This document shows, in pieces, positions 8,199 to 17,107 of a stretch of DNA of 64,000 nt; within the stretch, counting starts at the first letter, position 1; each line of letters opens with the position of its first letter. Origin of the DNA: Treponema sp. Its GTDB lineage: Bacteria > Spirochaetota > Spirochaetia > Treponematales > Breznakiellaceae. The stretch spans positions 1,505 to 65,504 of the forward strand of contig JAITHL010000131.1 in NCBI GenBank assembly GCA_031279975.1. The letters run 5' to 3'. A program made the position numbers and the translations under genes. Below the pieces are notes generated by a model. The model worked only from the letters and a program-made list of their open reading frames with translations. It was not told the DNA's origin and made no database searches.

Positions 8199-9197
8199 TT
8201 ATGCGCGTCCGGCGGAGCCCAGGACGTGTATGTTTTTATGGGCGTACATTTTTTTCAGTTCATCCCGGGCGGGGCCCAGGTACTTCCGGGGATCAAATTC
8301 ACCAGGGTTTTCCGCAAAGACCTTGCGGATGAGGGCGGTCATGGCAAGCCGTCCGTCGGAATCGATATTGATCTTGCAGACCGCGCTCTTGGCGGCCCTG
8401 CGGAGCTGTTCCTCCGGGATGCCCACCGAATCCTTGAGTTTGCCGCCGTACTGTTCAATGAGTTTGACGTATTCAACCGGCACGGAGGAAGAACCGTGGA
8501 GCACAATAGGAAAGTTTGGAATGCGTTTTTCAATCTCTTCCAGAATATCAAACCGCAGCGGCGGGGGAATGAGTATGCCCTTCGCGTCCCGCGTACACTG
8601 TTCGGGCTTAAATTTAGTCCGGCCGTGGCTGGTTCCAATGGATATGGCCAGGGAATCGACGCCGGTTTTTTTGACAAAGTCCTCTACCTCCGCGGGCTGG
8701 GTGTAGTTGCTCCGCTCGGCGGCCACATCATCCTCAACGCCGGCCAGCACCCCCAGCTCTCCCTCCACGGAGACATAATCCTTGCGGGAATGGGCAAATT
8801 CGCAGACCTTTTTGGTTAAAGCCGCGTTTTCATCGTAGGGAAAATGGGAGCCGTCAATCATAACAGAGGAAAATCCCGTTTCAATGCAGTCTTTACAGAG
8901 TTCAAAACTATCCCCGTGATCCAGATGGAGTACAATGGGGATATCATAGCCCAGTTCATGGGCATACTCCACCGCGCCCCGGGCCATGTTCTTTAACAAA
9001 TTCTGATTGGCGTATTTCCGGGCCCCTGAAGAAACCTGGAGTATTACCGGGGACTTGGTCTCCACGCAAGCCTGGATAATAGCCTGCAATTGTTCCAGAT
9101 TATTAAAATTATAGGCCGGCAGGGCATAGCCGCCGCTCACCGCTTTTTTAAACAACCCTACCGTATTTACCAAACCTAATTCGGTATAACTAACCAT
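8199..9197 (-). CDS. fba: fructose-bisphosphate aldolase, class II
   Basis: GGYALPAYNFNNLEQLQAI...VILQVSSGARKY...LHLDHG...SIGTSHG...LHGSSSVP. ATG 9197 is preceded by AAGGAG (9204-9209) at 6-nt spacing. The ORF-track start 9224 is probably too long. Confidence 0.92.
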   Translation of the reverse strand: MVSYTELGLVNTVGLFKKAVSGGYALPAYNFNNLEQLQAIIQACVETKSPVILQVSSGARKYANQNLLKNMARGAVEYAHELGYDIPIVLHLDHGDSFELCKDCIETGFSSVMIDGSHFPYDENAALTKKVCEFAHSRKDYVSVEGELGVLAGVEDDVAAERSNYTQPAEVEDFVKKTGVDSLAISIGTSHGRTKFKPEQCTRDAKGILIPPPLRFDILEEIEKRIPNFPIVLHGSSSVPVEYVKLIEQYGGKLKDSVGIPEEQLRRAAKSAVCKINIDSDGRLAMTALIRKVFAENPGEFDPRKYLGPARDELKKMYAHKNIHVLGSAGRA

Positions 9198-9326
9198 ACA
9201 GCACTCCTTCAGTACATTTGTCATCTATAGTAGTGGATGAACCGGCCTTGGTCAAGAACAGAACCCCGGGGCGGTACGCGCCGGTCCTGGGGAGCTTGAC
9301 ATTTTGGCCGAACCGTTTCCTAATCA

Positions 9327-9402
9327 CTAGGGAACCGCTGATTAAATAGACTTCGGACCTTCGGTCCAGATTCTCAATTGAATTATTCAGCGCTTCCCTA
9401 GG
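9327..9402. repeat. 76-bp REP-like palindromic element
   Basis: Left arm CTAGGGAACCGCTGATT (9327-9343), central hairpin GGACC-TTC-GGTCC (9355-9367), right arm ATTCAGCGCTTCCCTAGG (9385-9402). The right arm is the imperfect inverted copy of the left arm. Confidence 0.6.
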
Positions 9403-9415
9403 AAGGCGGCGGGAC

Positions 9416-10342
9416 ATGGGGCGGGCTCGTTTTTTCAAATGGATCATTTTTTCTTCTATTATATTCACCGTTTTTCTTGCCGGGGCATTGGTCTTTTACC
9501 GCCGCCCGCCGGTTTTAATGGTATCGGACGCCTTGTTTGATCAGCTCTATGGGATGCCCCGGATACGGAAAGCCCGGCTGCTCAATTCCCTCCGCTTGTT
9601 CCGCAGGGTTAAGACCGTTCAGGTTTCAGATACCGCTGGAGCGGATGTGATCCTCTTTGCGGTGGAAGAAGCGTCCGGCGCGCCCTATTGCGCGGCCTTC
9701 CCCTACCGGTATATTGAGGCGGCGGCCCAGTACAGCCGGAAATTTCCTGAAACGCCGGTCCTCCTCCTCGCCGGCAGGGAGCGGCCTTCGCCGGAGGGCG
9801 CGGCGCTCCGGTACTTTGGAACCGAATCCAAGACGGATTTTTACCGGGCCGGCAGGTGCGCCGCCCTTTTTGCGGAAGGGGCGGAGGGGCGGATGGAAGG
9901 GGAGATCGTTTGTTTTCAGGATGAACCGGTTCCGGGGGATGATTGGGATGCCTTTACCCAGGGTCTCCGGGATCAGGGGTACGCCCAAACCCCGGTTTAT
10001 ATGAACAGCCAATCCGATTACCTGCCTTCGGAGCAAACCGCCTGCGCGGTCATTACCTCAGGTTCGCCGAAATTTTTGGAAGGAGCCTCGGATATTCCGG
10101 TCATCCTTTTTTCCTGGGCGGACCCGGACAGCGCCCCCAGGAGGATAAAACTGATCTTCGATGATTCCCCCTGGGCGCAGCTCTTCCCGGCGCTCCAGCG
10201 GGGCTTATCCGCGGGCGCCGCGGCGGACGCCCCTTCCCAGGTTCTGGTACTGGCGGAACGGATACCCCAAAAGGACCGGGTGAAAAAAATAAAAGACGCG
10301 GCCCTGGCAAAACCGCTTGATTTGCGGGGGGCCTTAAAATAA
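9416..10342 (+). CDS. hypothetical N-terminally membrane-anchored protein
   Basis: 308 aa with an N-terminal TM segment (WIIFSSIIFTVFLAGALVF). No recognisable motif. Confidence 0.45.
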   Translation: MGRARFFKWIIFSSIIFTVFLAGALVFYRRPPVLMVSDALFDQLYGMPRIRKARLLNSLRLFRRVKTVQVSDTAGADVILFAVEEASGAPYCAAFPYRYIEAAAQYSRKFPETPVLLLAGRERPSPEGAALRYFGTESKTDFYRAGRCAALFAEGAEGRMEGEIVCFQDEPVPGDDWDAFTQGLRDQGYAQTPVYMNSQSDYLPSEQTACAVITSGSPKFLEGASDIPVILFSWADPDSAPRRIKLIFDDSPWAQLFPALQRGLSAGAAADAPSQVLVLAERIPQKDRVKKIKDAALAKPLDLRGALK

Positions 10343-10372
10343 AAATATTTGTATGAAAAGCCTTCAATGGGT

Positions 10373-10401
10373 TTGACAAAGGTTCGATAAAGAAATATAA
10401 T
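10373..10401 (+). promoter_or_regulatory. consensus sigma70 promoter TTGACA-N17-TATAAT upstream of flaA
   Basis: TTGACA 10373-10378, exactly 17 nt, TATAAT 10396-10401. AAGGAG Shine-Dalgarno lies before ATG 10445. Confidence 0.6.
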
Positions 10402-10444
10402 CTGAATTGACCTATTTCCTAAGGTAGAGAAAAAGGAGTAAAGG

Positions 10445-11179
10445 ATGAAACATGGTAGTTTCAAAGCAGTTTGTTTAATTTTCATGGCATCTGTCGCGGT
10501 AGCTTCGGTCTTTAGCGATGAGAACACCGTCAGTCTTGAATCCGTTATTTTAGAGGCTTTTAACGGCGACTCTGAGTATGAATGGAGAGTAGCTGCCAGC
10601 AAATTTGCCACCAAAAATGACGAGGAAACATTCCCAAAATTGTCGTATGTTTCCGCATGGCCGGTAGCTCTTTTCGGCTACAGCCCCAGTGAGGAACAGC
10701 AGAGTCTGGGCATTTGGGGCCGGTTTGATCGCCGGGGGTATAACTGGGTAGACATATACCCGGTAGCTTCGGGAGGGGAAGATGATGCGGCGCCCGCTGA
10801 AATTCCAATTCCCGGAAGAGTGAAATTCCTGGATCTATGGGTATGGGGTTCAAATTTAAACTATTATGTTGAAGCCTATGTCCGTGATTATCAGGGCGTT
10901 CCTCATATTATTAATTTGGGGAATATCGCGTATACCGGCTGGAAGAACCTGCGGGCGGCTGTTCCTGCCAGAATACCCCAGGCGAAAAGAGTGCTTCCCC
11001 ATTTGGCCTCTTTGAAATTTGTTAAATTCCGCATTTGGACCCAGCCGAATGAGCCGGTGGGAGATTTCTATGTGTATATAGACCAGTTTAAGGTTCTCAG
11101 CGATACCTTTGAGTCTCTATACGATGGGAATGATCTGGCAAACCCGGAAAAAGTTCAAGAACTTTGGAATAATCAATAA
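10445..11179 (+). CDS. flaA: flagellar filament outer-layer (sheath) protein FlaA-like, short paralogue 1
   Basis: Signal peptide, then SVILEAFNGDSEYEWRVAASKF...GWKNLRAAVP...FVKFRIWT...FYVYIDQFKV. This resembles the spirochaete FlaA family. The paralogue is adjacent. Confidence 0.65.
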   Translation: MKHGSFKAVCLIFMASVAVASVFSDENTVSLESVILEAFNGDSEYEWRVAASKFATKNDEETFPKLSYVSAWPVALFGYSPSEEQQSLGIWGRFDRRGYNWVDIYPVASGGEDDAAPAEIPIPGRVKFLDLWVWGSNLNYYVEAYVRDYQGVPHIINLGNIAYTGWKNLRAAVPARIPQAKRVLPHLASLKFVKFRIWTQPNEPVGDFYVYIDQFKVLSDTFESLYDGNDLANPEKVQELWNNQ

Positions 11180-11193
11180 GGAGAGGACCATAC

Positions 11194-11910
11194 ATGAAAC
11201 GATATAGTATTTTGGTTTTGTTCATTGTAAGCGCCGGATGCATCTTTGCGCAGGATGTCGGGGATCCGAATGCGGAACAGATTGGGATTGACGCGGCTCA
11301 ACAGCAGTTAAAGGAAGTCTCCATAGATAAATTCGAACATGACGGGTTCTGGCGGTCTACCATATCCAGCGACGCGGGATATACGGTCGCCCGGTTGTTT
11401 GAAGGGGGTCCGGCTGGCAAGGTTCCCCTTGAAGACGAAGCGGATTTGAATATCCCGGACAACTACGTTTTGGGTACCCGGGTTGACTTCCTCCACCGGG
11501 GACATGTCAGCTTCAATCTGTTGCCCCTGCGGCCTATTCCGATTGAGGGTATTACCAAGACCATATCGGTTTGGGCGGTGGGCCGTAATTTTAACCATTC
11601 TATAAACGTCCTCATTGAGGATTTCTTTGGCCGGAAATTTGAGCTCTATATGGGGAAGTTGAATTTTCAGGGCTGGAAGCGCCTAACAGTGGCGGTGCCT
11701 CCGCAAGCCGAAGACGGCAAGAATGGGATAGTCCAGCGGAATTATTATTATAACAACCAGATGGGTATCAAGATACTTGGTTTCCGGATCGATTGTGACC
11801 CCTCCGAAGCCATAGGGAGTTACTATGTCTATCTTGATGATCTTCGCGCGGTTACGGATCTGTTCGCGGAAAACAGCCGGGACCCGGATGATATGGTAGA
11901 TTCATGGTAG
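11194..11910 (+). CDS. flaA: flagellar filament outer-layer protein FlaA-like, short paralogue 2
   Basis: Signal peptide. VSIDKFEHDGFWRS...GWKRLTVAVPP...ILGFRIDCDP...YYVYLDDLRAV is collinear with the upstream paralogue. AAGGAG Shine-Dalgarno. Confidence 0.65.
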   Translation: MKRYSILVLFIVSAGCIFAQDVGDPNAEQIGIDAAQQQLKEVSIDKFEHDGFWRSTISSDAGYTVARLFEGGPAGKVPLEDEADLNIPDNYVLGTRVDFLHRGHVSFNLLPLRPIPIEGITKTISVWAVGRNFNHSINVLIEDFFGRKFELYMGKLNFQGWKRLTVAVPPQAEDGKNGIVQRNYYYNNQMGIKILGFRIDCDPSEAIGSYYVYLDDLRAVTDLFAENSRDPDDMVDSW

Positions 11911-11934
11911 AACATACCCGCCCGTAAGTTTTAG

Positions 11935-11983
11935 GGGCGCCGCTAAAAGCCTGGTGGTTTTTAGCGGCGCCCGTTGTTTTTTT
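11935..11983 (+). terminator. strong rho-independent terminator after the flaA pair
   Basis: Perfect 14-bp stem GGGCGCCGCTAAAA(11935-11948)/TTTTAGCGGCGCCC(11959-11972), then GTTG TTTTTTT (11977-11983). The right arm overlaps the last codons of the convergent ORF. Confidence 0.75.
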
Positions 11984-12635
11984 GATACACCCAGGCGTTT
12001 TTGGCTTTGCCGATCCGTGTAACCGCCTTGAGTATGGTGAGTACATAGAGGGTTTTTCGGGCTATGGACGCCGGGATACCGGCCTTGCCGCTTAAATCTT
12101 TAACCGTAAATTCCTCATCCCTTTGAAAGGGAACAAAGCGGTCATAGGCGTCAATGCCCTTGAGCGGAATGGATTGATGGTATTGTTCCACCAATTTATC
12201 CCCTATACTAACCCCTTTCCGCCGCCATGACCCTTTGCCATCCTGAATCCGGCGCTCTAGCATATCCACCAGGGCCAGCTCAATGGTTAGGCTGGGGATG
12301 AGCGGGAACTGGGGCGTATATATCAGGGAATTAAAAAGGTCCCAGGCCGTGCCTTTCCGGGGGCTTTGCCGCTGCCATACCACCCCTCCCTGGGGGCTGT
12401 AGAGTTTAATTTTCTTCCGTATAATAATGGGGTGGATAATCCTTACCGCAAACCGCTCGGCCAAGGCGGGTATTTTTTTCTTGAGGCAGCCGAAATTGCC
12501 GGTTTGAACCTCAATGATCTCCCCCGACCCGGTAATCCCGTCGCAAACATACCCGTCAACATGCTGTTCGGTCTGTTCCATCCCCCCGGAATAGTGGAAT
12601 TTTAAGGCCCTGTGCAGGCTGCTTTCCCGTTCCAT
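11961..12635 (-). CDS. hypothetical protein: PD-(D/E)xK / CoiA-like nuclease-fold N-terminus plus winged-helix-like C-terminus
   Basis: ESSLHRALKFHY...VDGYVCDGI...GEIIEVQTGNF...KKKI resembles the H..LK ... D ... E-x-Q/K motif of CoiA-type nucleases. The C-terminus FTVKDLSGKAGIPASIARKTLYVLTILKAVTRIG is wHTH-like. The call is from motifs only. Confidence 0.4.
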   Translation of the reverse strand: MERESSLHRALKFHYSGGMEQTEQHVDGYVCDGITGSGEIIEVQTGNFGCLKKKIPALAERFAVRIIHPIIIRKKIKLYSPQGGVVWQRQSPRKGTAWDLFNSLIYTPQFPLIPSLTIELALVDMLERRIQDGKGSWRRKGVSIGDKLVEQYHQSIPLKGIDAYDRFVPFQRDEEFTVKDLSGKAGIPASIARKTLYVLTILKAVTRIGKAKNAWVYQKNNGRR

Positions 12636-12637
12636 GC

Positions 12638-12901
12638 CTAGGCTGTTCCCCGCGCGGGCGGGCCGGTATAGGGGAGCAGTTCTTCGGCGCCCATGAGCTC
12701 TAAATAATGATAGGCGGCGCTCCCCCCCTTGGACTCAGCTACCCGTATCCGGGAGACCCTGAAGGCGATCATGCGATGGGTTGGTAAGGGGGGGATCAGT
12801 TCCCGCCCGTTGATATCCACCAGCATATTGACCGCAAGCCGTCCCGCTATGGCCTGCACATCCCCTTCGGGAAACACGATATAGTACTCTTGGGTGAACA
12901 T
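12638..12901 (-). CDS. hypothetical 87-aa protein coupled to the nuclease-like gene
   Basis: The stop lies 2 nt before the start of the downstream ORF. No motif recognised. Confidence 0.4.
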   Translation of the reverse strand: MFTQEYYIVFPEGDVQAIAGRLAVNMLVDINGRELIPPLPTHRMIAFRVSRIRVAESKGGSAAYHYLELMGAEELLPYTGPPARGTA

Positions 12902-13274
12902 GGCATAAGCATAGTCCTCCGCAAAGGCTTATACAAGAACCAGGGCCCGCGCGCCCTATATTTCTGTTTAGTTCTATATCCCTGTGTAGTATGGGGAAAA
13001 AAATCTTGTTGTTTTTCCGGCCTTTCTTAATTTCTTCACATTGACTTAGGAATGAACTTAGGCAAAAATACATTGATTGGGAAGCATCGGGGAATTATAG
13101 GAAAAATGCTGGTAACAAGCAGGGCGCCGCTCAGGTCCGCGGTTTTTGCCCATGAACCCTTATATACTCAAGGCCGGGCTGGTACGGCCTCCCCCTGGGG
13201 GGGAGGGTTGCCTTCCGCGCCGCCCTTCGGGAAACCGCCGGCCCCGCGGCTGCTTGGCCGCAATCGGGAAGAAG

Positions 13275-14225
13275 ATGGAAGCCCTGCATACTCCGGTATT
13301 GCTGGACGCGGTCATGCAGTACCTCGCGCCGTATAACGGGGAGGGGCTTATGGTAGACGCTACCCTAGGGGAAGGCGGCCATGCCTATGCCTTTTTAAAC
13401 CGCTTCCCCGGCCTCCGTTTGATCGGTATTGACGCGGACCGGGATATCCAGGCGCGGGCCCGGGAACGGTTGAGGGAATTTGAGGATAGGGCGCAATGGC
13501 GCGTGGGATGGTCTCAGGATTTTTTTAGCGCCTATCCCCAGGACGCGGAACGCCCGGACAGGATACTGATCGATTTGGGGATCAGCCTATACCACTATGA
13601 GCAATCGGGCCGGGGATTCAGTTTTAGAAAGGATGAATATCTGGATATGCGTATCGATACCTGCCGGGGAACCAGCGTTGCGGAACTGCTGGCCCGGATT
13701 TCCGAGCGGGAGCTGGCGGATATGCTCTACCAGAACGGGGAGGAGCGGTACTCCCGGCGTATTGCCCGGGGCATTGTCAGGGCCCGATCCCGGGGGGCTA
13801 TAGGGAGTTCCGCCGGCCTTGCGGCGGTTGTGGAACTATCGGTTCCCCCGAAATACCGGCATGGGCCGACGCATCCCGCTACCCGGACTTTTCAAGCCCT
13901 GCGGATTGCCGTTAATGGGGAATTAATCCAGCTCCGGGCGTTGCTGGAAAACGCCCTTGGGGTTTTGAAAGCCGGGGGGCGCATGGGGGTTATATCATTT
14001 CACTCCCTGGAAGACCGGATTGTCAAAAATTTCTTTCGAGAACAGTGCCGGGGCTTTTCCGCGCTTTCCGGGGAACCGATAGGGAAGGACGGGCCTGTTC
14101 CGGTTATGCGGCTGGTAAACCGGAAGCCGGTAACGCCCTCCGCGGCTGAGGCGCGGAACAACCCGCCTTCCCGGAGCGCCAAACTTCGGGTGGCTGAAAA
14201 AGTATTGGATGGGGGATACGGATGA
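13275..14225 (+). CDS. rsmH: 16S rRNA (cytosine1402-N4)-methyltransferase RsmH (MraW)
   Basis: HTPVLLDAVMQYL...DATLGEGGHA...DLGISLYHYE...ERYSRRIARGIV...FHSLEDRIVKNFF. ATG 13275 is preferred; the ORF-track N-terminal extension is low complexity. Confidence 0.9.
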   Translation: MEALHTPVLLDAVMQYLAPYNGEGLMVDATLGEGGHAYAFLNRFPGLRLIGIDADRDIQARARERLREFEDRAQWRVGWSQDFFSAYPQDAERPDRILIDLGISLYHYEQSGRGFSFRKDEYLDMRIDTCRGTSVAELLARISERELADMLYQNGEERYSRRIARGIVRARSRGAIGSSAGLAAVVELSVPPKYRHGPTHPATRTFQALRIAVNGELIQLRALLENALGVLKAGGRMGVISFHSLEDRIVKNFFREQCRGFSALSGEPIGKDGPVPVMRLVNRKPVTPSAAEARNNPPSRSAKLRVAEKVLDGGYG

Positions 14226-14512
14226 AAACGGCAATGCTCTTGTATTTTTTTTCCTTAACCATACCCGTATTTTTGGGTATTGCGGCCTGGCAGTCCAACC
14301 GGTTTTCAGAACTGGAATGGGAAATTGCCCAATTGGAACGTTCCCAGGAAGAATGGGTGGAAAGCAATAAACGGCTTATCGCGGGCATTGCCGTTCTCTC
14401 ATCCTCTGAGCGGATAGCATACATTGCGAAACATGATTTAGGGCTGATCAAGAAACGCCCCGAGGAGGTTTTGCAGATACGGATTGAGGGGGGGCGGAAA
14501 AACGATGGCTAA
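14222..14512 (+). CDS. ftsL: FtsL-like small bitopic cell-division protein
   Basis: 96 aa: one TM helix then a coiled coil (ELEWEIAQLERSQEEW). ATGA overlap with rsmH. The dcw position matches ftsL. Confidence 0.55.
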   Translation: MKTAMLLYFFSLTIPVFLGIAAWQSNRFSELEWEIAQLERSQEEWVESNKRLIAGIAVLSSSERIAYIAKHDLGLIKKRPEEVLQIRIEGGRKNDG

Positions 14513-15962
14513 CGCGCCCGGGGCGCCGCTTATGACCTTTCATGCCTTGGCCCAAGCCGTCAAGGGGGAGTGTATCTCCCGGTCCGGGCCGGCGGACGGG
14601 GGCTTTGACTCGGTCGCGCTTGATTCCCGCTCCCTCCGACCGGGCGCCCTCTTTGTCGCCCTTCCGGGCAGTACGCAAGACGGCCACCGGTATGTGGAAG
14701 CCGCCTTTAAGTCCGGCGCCGCGGGGGCCATGGTCGCCCGGTCCCAACTGGAAGATCCCGGATTAGGGCTGCGTAAGCAGCCGGGGGTCTTGGTGGCGGT
14801 GGAAGATACCCTGCGGGGGCTACAGGACGCGGCCCGATGCTATTTGGATCGCTTTCCCCATCTGCTACGCATCGGCATTACCGGATCATCGGGAAAGACG
14901 ACGACCAAGGAGATAGCCGCCGCCATGATAGGCCAGGAAAAACAGGTGGTGATGAATCCGGGGAATCTCAATTCAGAGACCGGTTTGCCCCTAGCGGTAT
15001 TCGCGGTCCGGGATTGCCATGAGGTAGGGATATTTGAAATGGGGATGAACCGGAAAGGGGAGATTGAGGAGCTTGCCCGGGTTTTAAAACCCCAAATCGC
15101 CCTTATAACAAACATTGGGACCGCCCATATCGGAAAGATCGGAAGCCGGTTGGCTATACTTTATGAAAAAAGGAGGATATTTTCTCAATTTACCGGAATC
15201 GAAACGGCTTTGCTGCCCCGGGACAACGCGGACGGGGAGCTTTTAGCCCAGGGTATTCGGGGAAACATAGGTTTTTACGGCCCTGACAGCCTTGAGGAAT
15301 TAGGAGCCATTGCGGAGAAAGGATTGGATGGTACCGATATAATCTGGGGAGGGATTTCGGTATCCTTCGGCCTTCCGGGACGGCATAATGTAAAGAACGC
15401 CTTAGCGGCGGCGGCAATCGCCAAGGCCGTTCCGGTGGGGCCGGATGCAATCCGCGCCGGCCTGGGGGCGGTTAAACCGCTTTTTGGCCGGGGGGAGATA
15501 ATCCGGGGAGCGCTTCAAGGAAGGCGCTGGTATGCCAAGGACGGCGCCCCCGCTTCCCCGCAGCCGGTTACGGTAATTCGGGATTGCTATAACGCGAATC
15601 CCGAATCTATGGAAGAAGCCCTTGCGTTCTGCGACGCCCTTGAGTGGCCCGGACGGCGCGTGTATGTTATTGGGGCGATGGGGGAACTGGGGCCGGCTTC
15701 CCCCGGGGCCCATAAAAAACTTGGCGCCGCCTTAGCCGCGTCCCGGGCGGACCGGGTCTTCCTCTACGGACCGGAGGCCAAAAGCGCTGCGGGGCAGGGC
15801 CGAAAGGTTCCCTTCGTTTATACCGATACTATGAGTGATCTCTCCGCGGAGCTGGGGGCCTATATCCGTCCGGGGGATCTGGTGTTGCTGAAGGGGTCCC
15901 GGGGATGCGCCTTGGAACGGGCCCTGGAAGGGATCTTCCTTGAGTATAAGGCCCGCGAATGA
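14505..15962 (+). CDS. murF: UDP-N-acetylmuramoyl-tripeptide--D-alanyl-D-alanine ligase
   Basis: DSRSLRPGALFVAL.G...DGH.Y...GITGSSGKTTTKE...NLNSETGLPL...DCYNANPESM. Confidence 0.9.
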   Translation: MANAPGAPLMTFHALAQAVKGECISRSGPADGGFDSVALDSRSLRPGALFVALPGSTQDGHRYVEAAFKSGAAGAMVARSQLEDPGLGLRKQPGVLVAVEDTLRGLQDAARCYLDRFPHLLRIGITGSSGKTTTKEIAAAMIGQEKQVVMNPGNLNSETGLPLAVFAVRDCHEVGIFEMGMNRKGEIEELARVLKPQIALITNIGTAHIGKIGSRLAILYEKRRIFSQFTGIETALLPRDNADGELLAQGIRGNIGFYGPDSLEELGAIAEKGLDGTDIIWGGISVSFGLPGRHNVKNALAAAAIAKAVPVGPDAIRAGLGAVKPLFGRGEIIRGALQGRRWYAKDGAPASPQPVTVIRDCYNANPESMEEALAFCDALEWPGRRVYVIGAMGELGPASPGAHKKLGAALAASRADRVFLYGPEAKSAAGQGRKVPFVYTDTMSDLSAELGAYIRPGDLVLLKGSRGCALERALEGIFLEYKARE

Positions 15963-16020
15963 TGCGGGCGCCTCATAAAGGTAAAAATAACAGACGGCGG
16001 CGGTGGAAGGAGTTAGGTAG

Positions 16021-17100
16021 GTGTTTTTAGAATTTATATATCCCCTGGTGAAATATTTCCCCCCCCTCAATGTATTCCGCTACCTCACCTTCCGGGGGGC
16101 CTATGCGGCCTTAACCGCCTTGCTCTTCTGTTTTTTATTCGGCCCCCGGATCATTGAGGCCCTCCGGCGGCTTAAGGTGGGGCAGTCAATCCGCGGCGAC
16201 GGCCCGGAGACCCATTTGAAGAAAGGCGGCACCCCGACTATGGGCGGGGTATTTATCATTATATCGGTTTTAATCGCCGTAGTATTATGGCAGGACTGGA
16301 AAAACGGCAAGGTTTGGCTTACCCTGGGGGCCTTTTTAAGTTTTGGCGCCGTCGGGTTTATCGATGACTATCTCAAGGTACGGCGGCGTAACGCCGCGGG
16401 CCTGCCGGCGTGGGCTAAATTGGCGGGCCAGGGCGCGGTTGCCCTGGCCATAACCCTCATCCTCTATGTTTCCGGGGATGAGGGGGTTACCCTGCTCTAT
16501 ATCCCTTTTCTGAAGAATCCCGTGGTAGATATGGGGCCCCTGTGGATACCCTTTGCCGTGTTGCTTCTGGTGGGGGAATCCAACGCGGTGAATCTTTCCG
16601 ACGGCCTTGACGGGCTTGCGGGGGGCTTGCTGATCCTGGTATTTATTACCCTGTCCATCATAACCTACCTTTCCGGCAGGGCGGATTATTCCTACTATCT
16701 TGACATTCCCTATATTACCGGCGGGGGGGAGCTGACCATATTCTGCCTCGCGGTCATGGGGGCCTGCGTGGGATTCCTCTGGTTTAATACCCATCCAGCG
16801 GAGGTGTTTATGGGGGATGTGGGGAGCTTATCCCTGGGCGGGGTTATCGCTACCATTTCCCTTATCATTAAAAAGGAAATCCTTACCCTTATCATTGGGG
16901 GGGTCTTTGTGTTAGAAGCCGGTTCGGTTATTATTCAGGTGCTGAGTTTTAAAATTTGGAAAAAACGGATTTTTAACATGGCGCCCTTCCACCATCATTT
17001 TGAGCTTTCCGGCTGGGCTGAGACCAAGGTGGTTATTCGTTTCTGGATACTCGGCGGTTTTTTTGCTATCATAGCCTTATCCACATTAAAGATACAATAG
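16021..17100 (+). CDS. mraY: phospho-N-acetylmuramoyl-pentapeptide transferase
   Basis: GTG start after AAGGAG. HLKKGGTPTMGG...NAVNLSDGLDGLA...FMGDVGSLSLGG...PFHHHFE. Confidence 0.95.
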   Translation: MFLEFIYPLVKYFPPLNVFRYLTFRGAYAALTALLFCFLFGPRIIEALRRLKVGQSIRGDGPETHLKKGGTPTMGGVFIIISVLIAVVLWQDWKNGKVWLTLGAFLSFGAVGFIDDYLKVRRRNAAGLPAWAKLAGQGAVALAITLILYVSGDEGVTLLYIPFLKNPVVDMGPLWIPFAVLLLVGESNAVNLSDGLDGLAGGLLILVFITLSIITYLSGRADYSYYLDIPYITGGGELTIFCLAVMGACVGFLWFNTHPAEVFMGDVGSLSLGGVIATISLIIKKEILTLIIGGVFVLEAGSVIIQVLSFKIWKKRIFNMAPFHHHFELSGWAETKVVIRFWILGGFFAIIALSTLKIQ

Positions 17101-17107
17101 GAGGAGG

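Noticed and set aside
12902-13274. Possible mraZ or a small ORF (13052-13336) upstream of rsmH
   Set aside because: No MraZ-like SpoVT/AbrB motif is present in any frame. The listed ORF is Gly/Pro/Arg-rich and overlaps the rsmH start. A weak TTGACT-N17-AAAAAT match near 13042 is too poor to call as a promoter.
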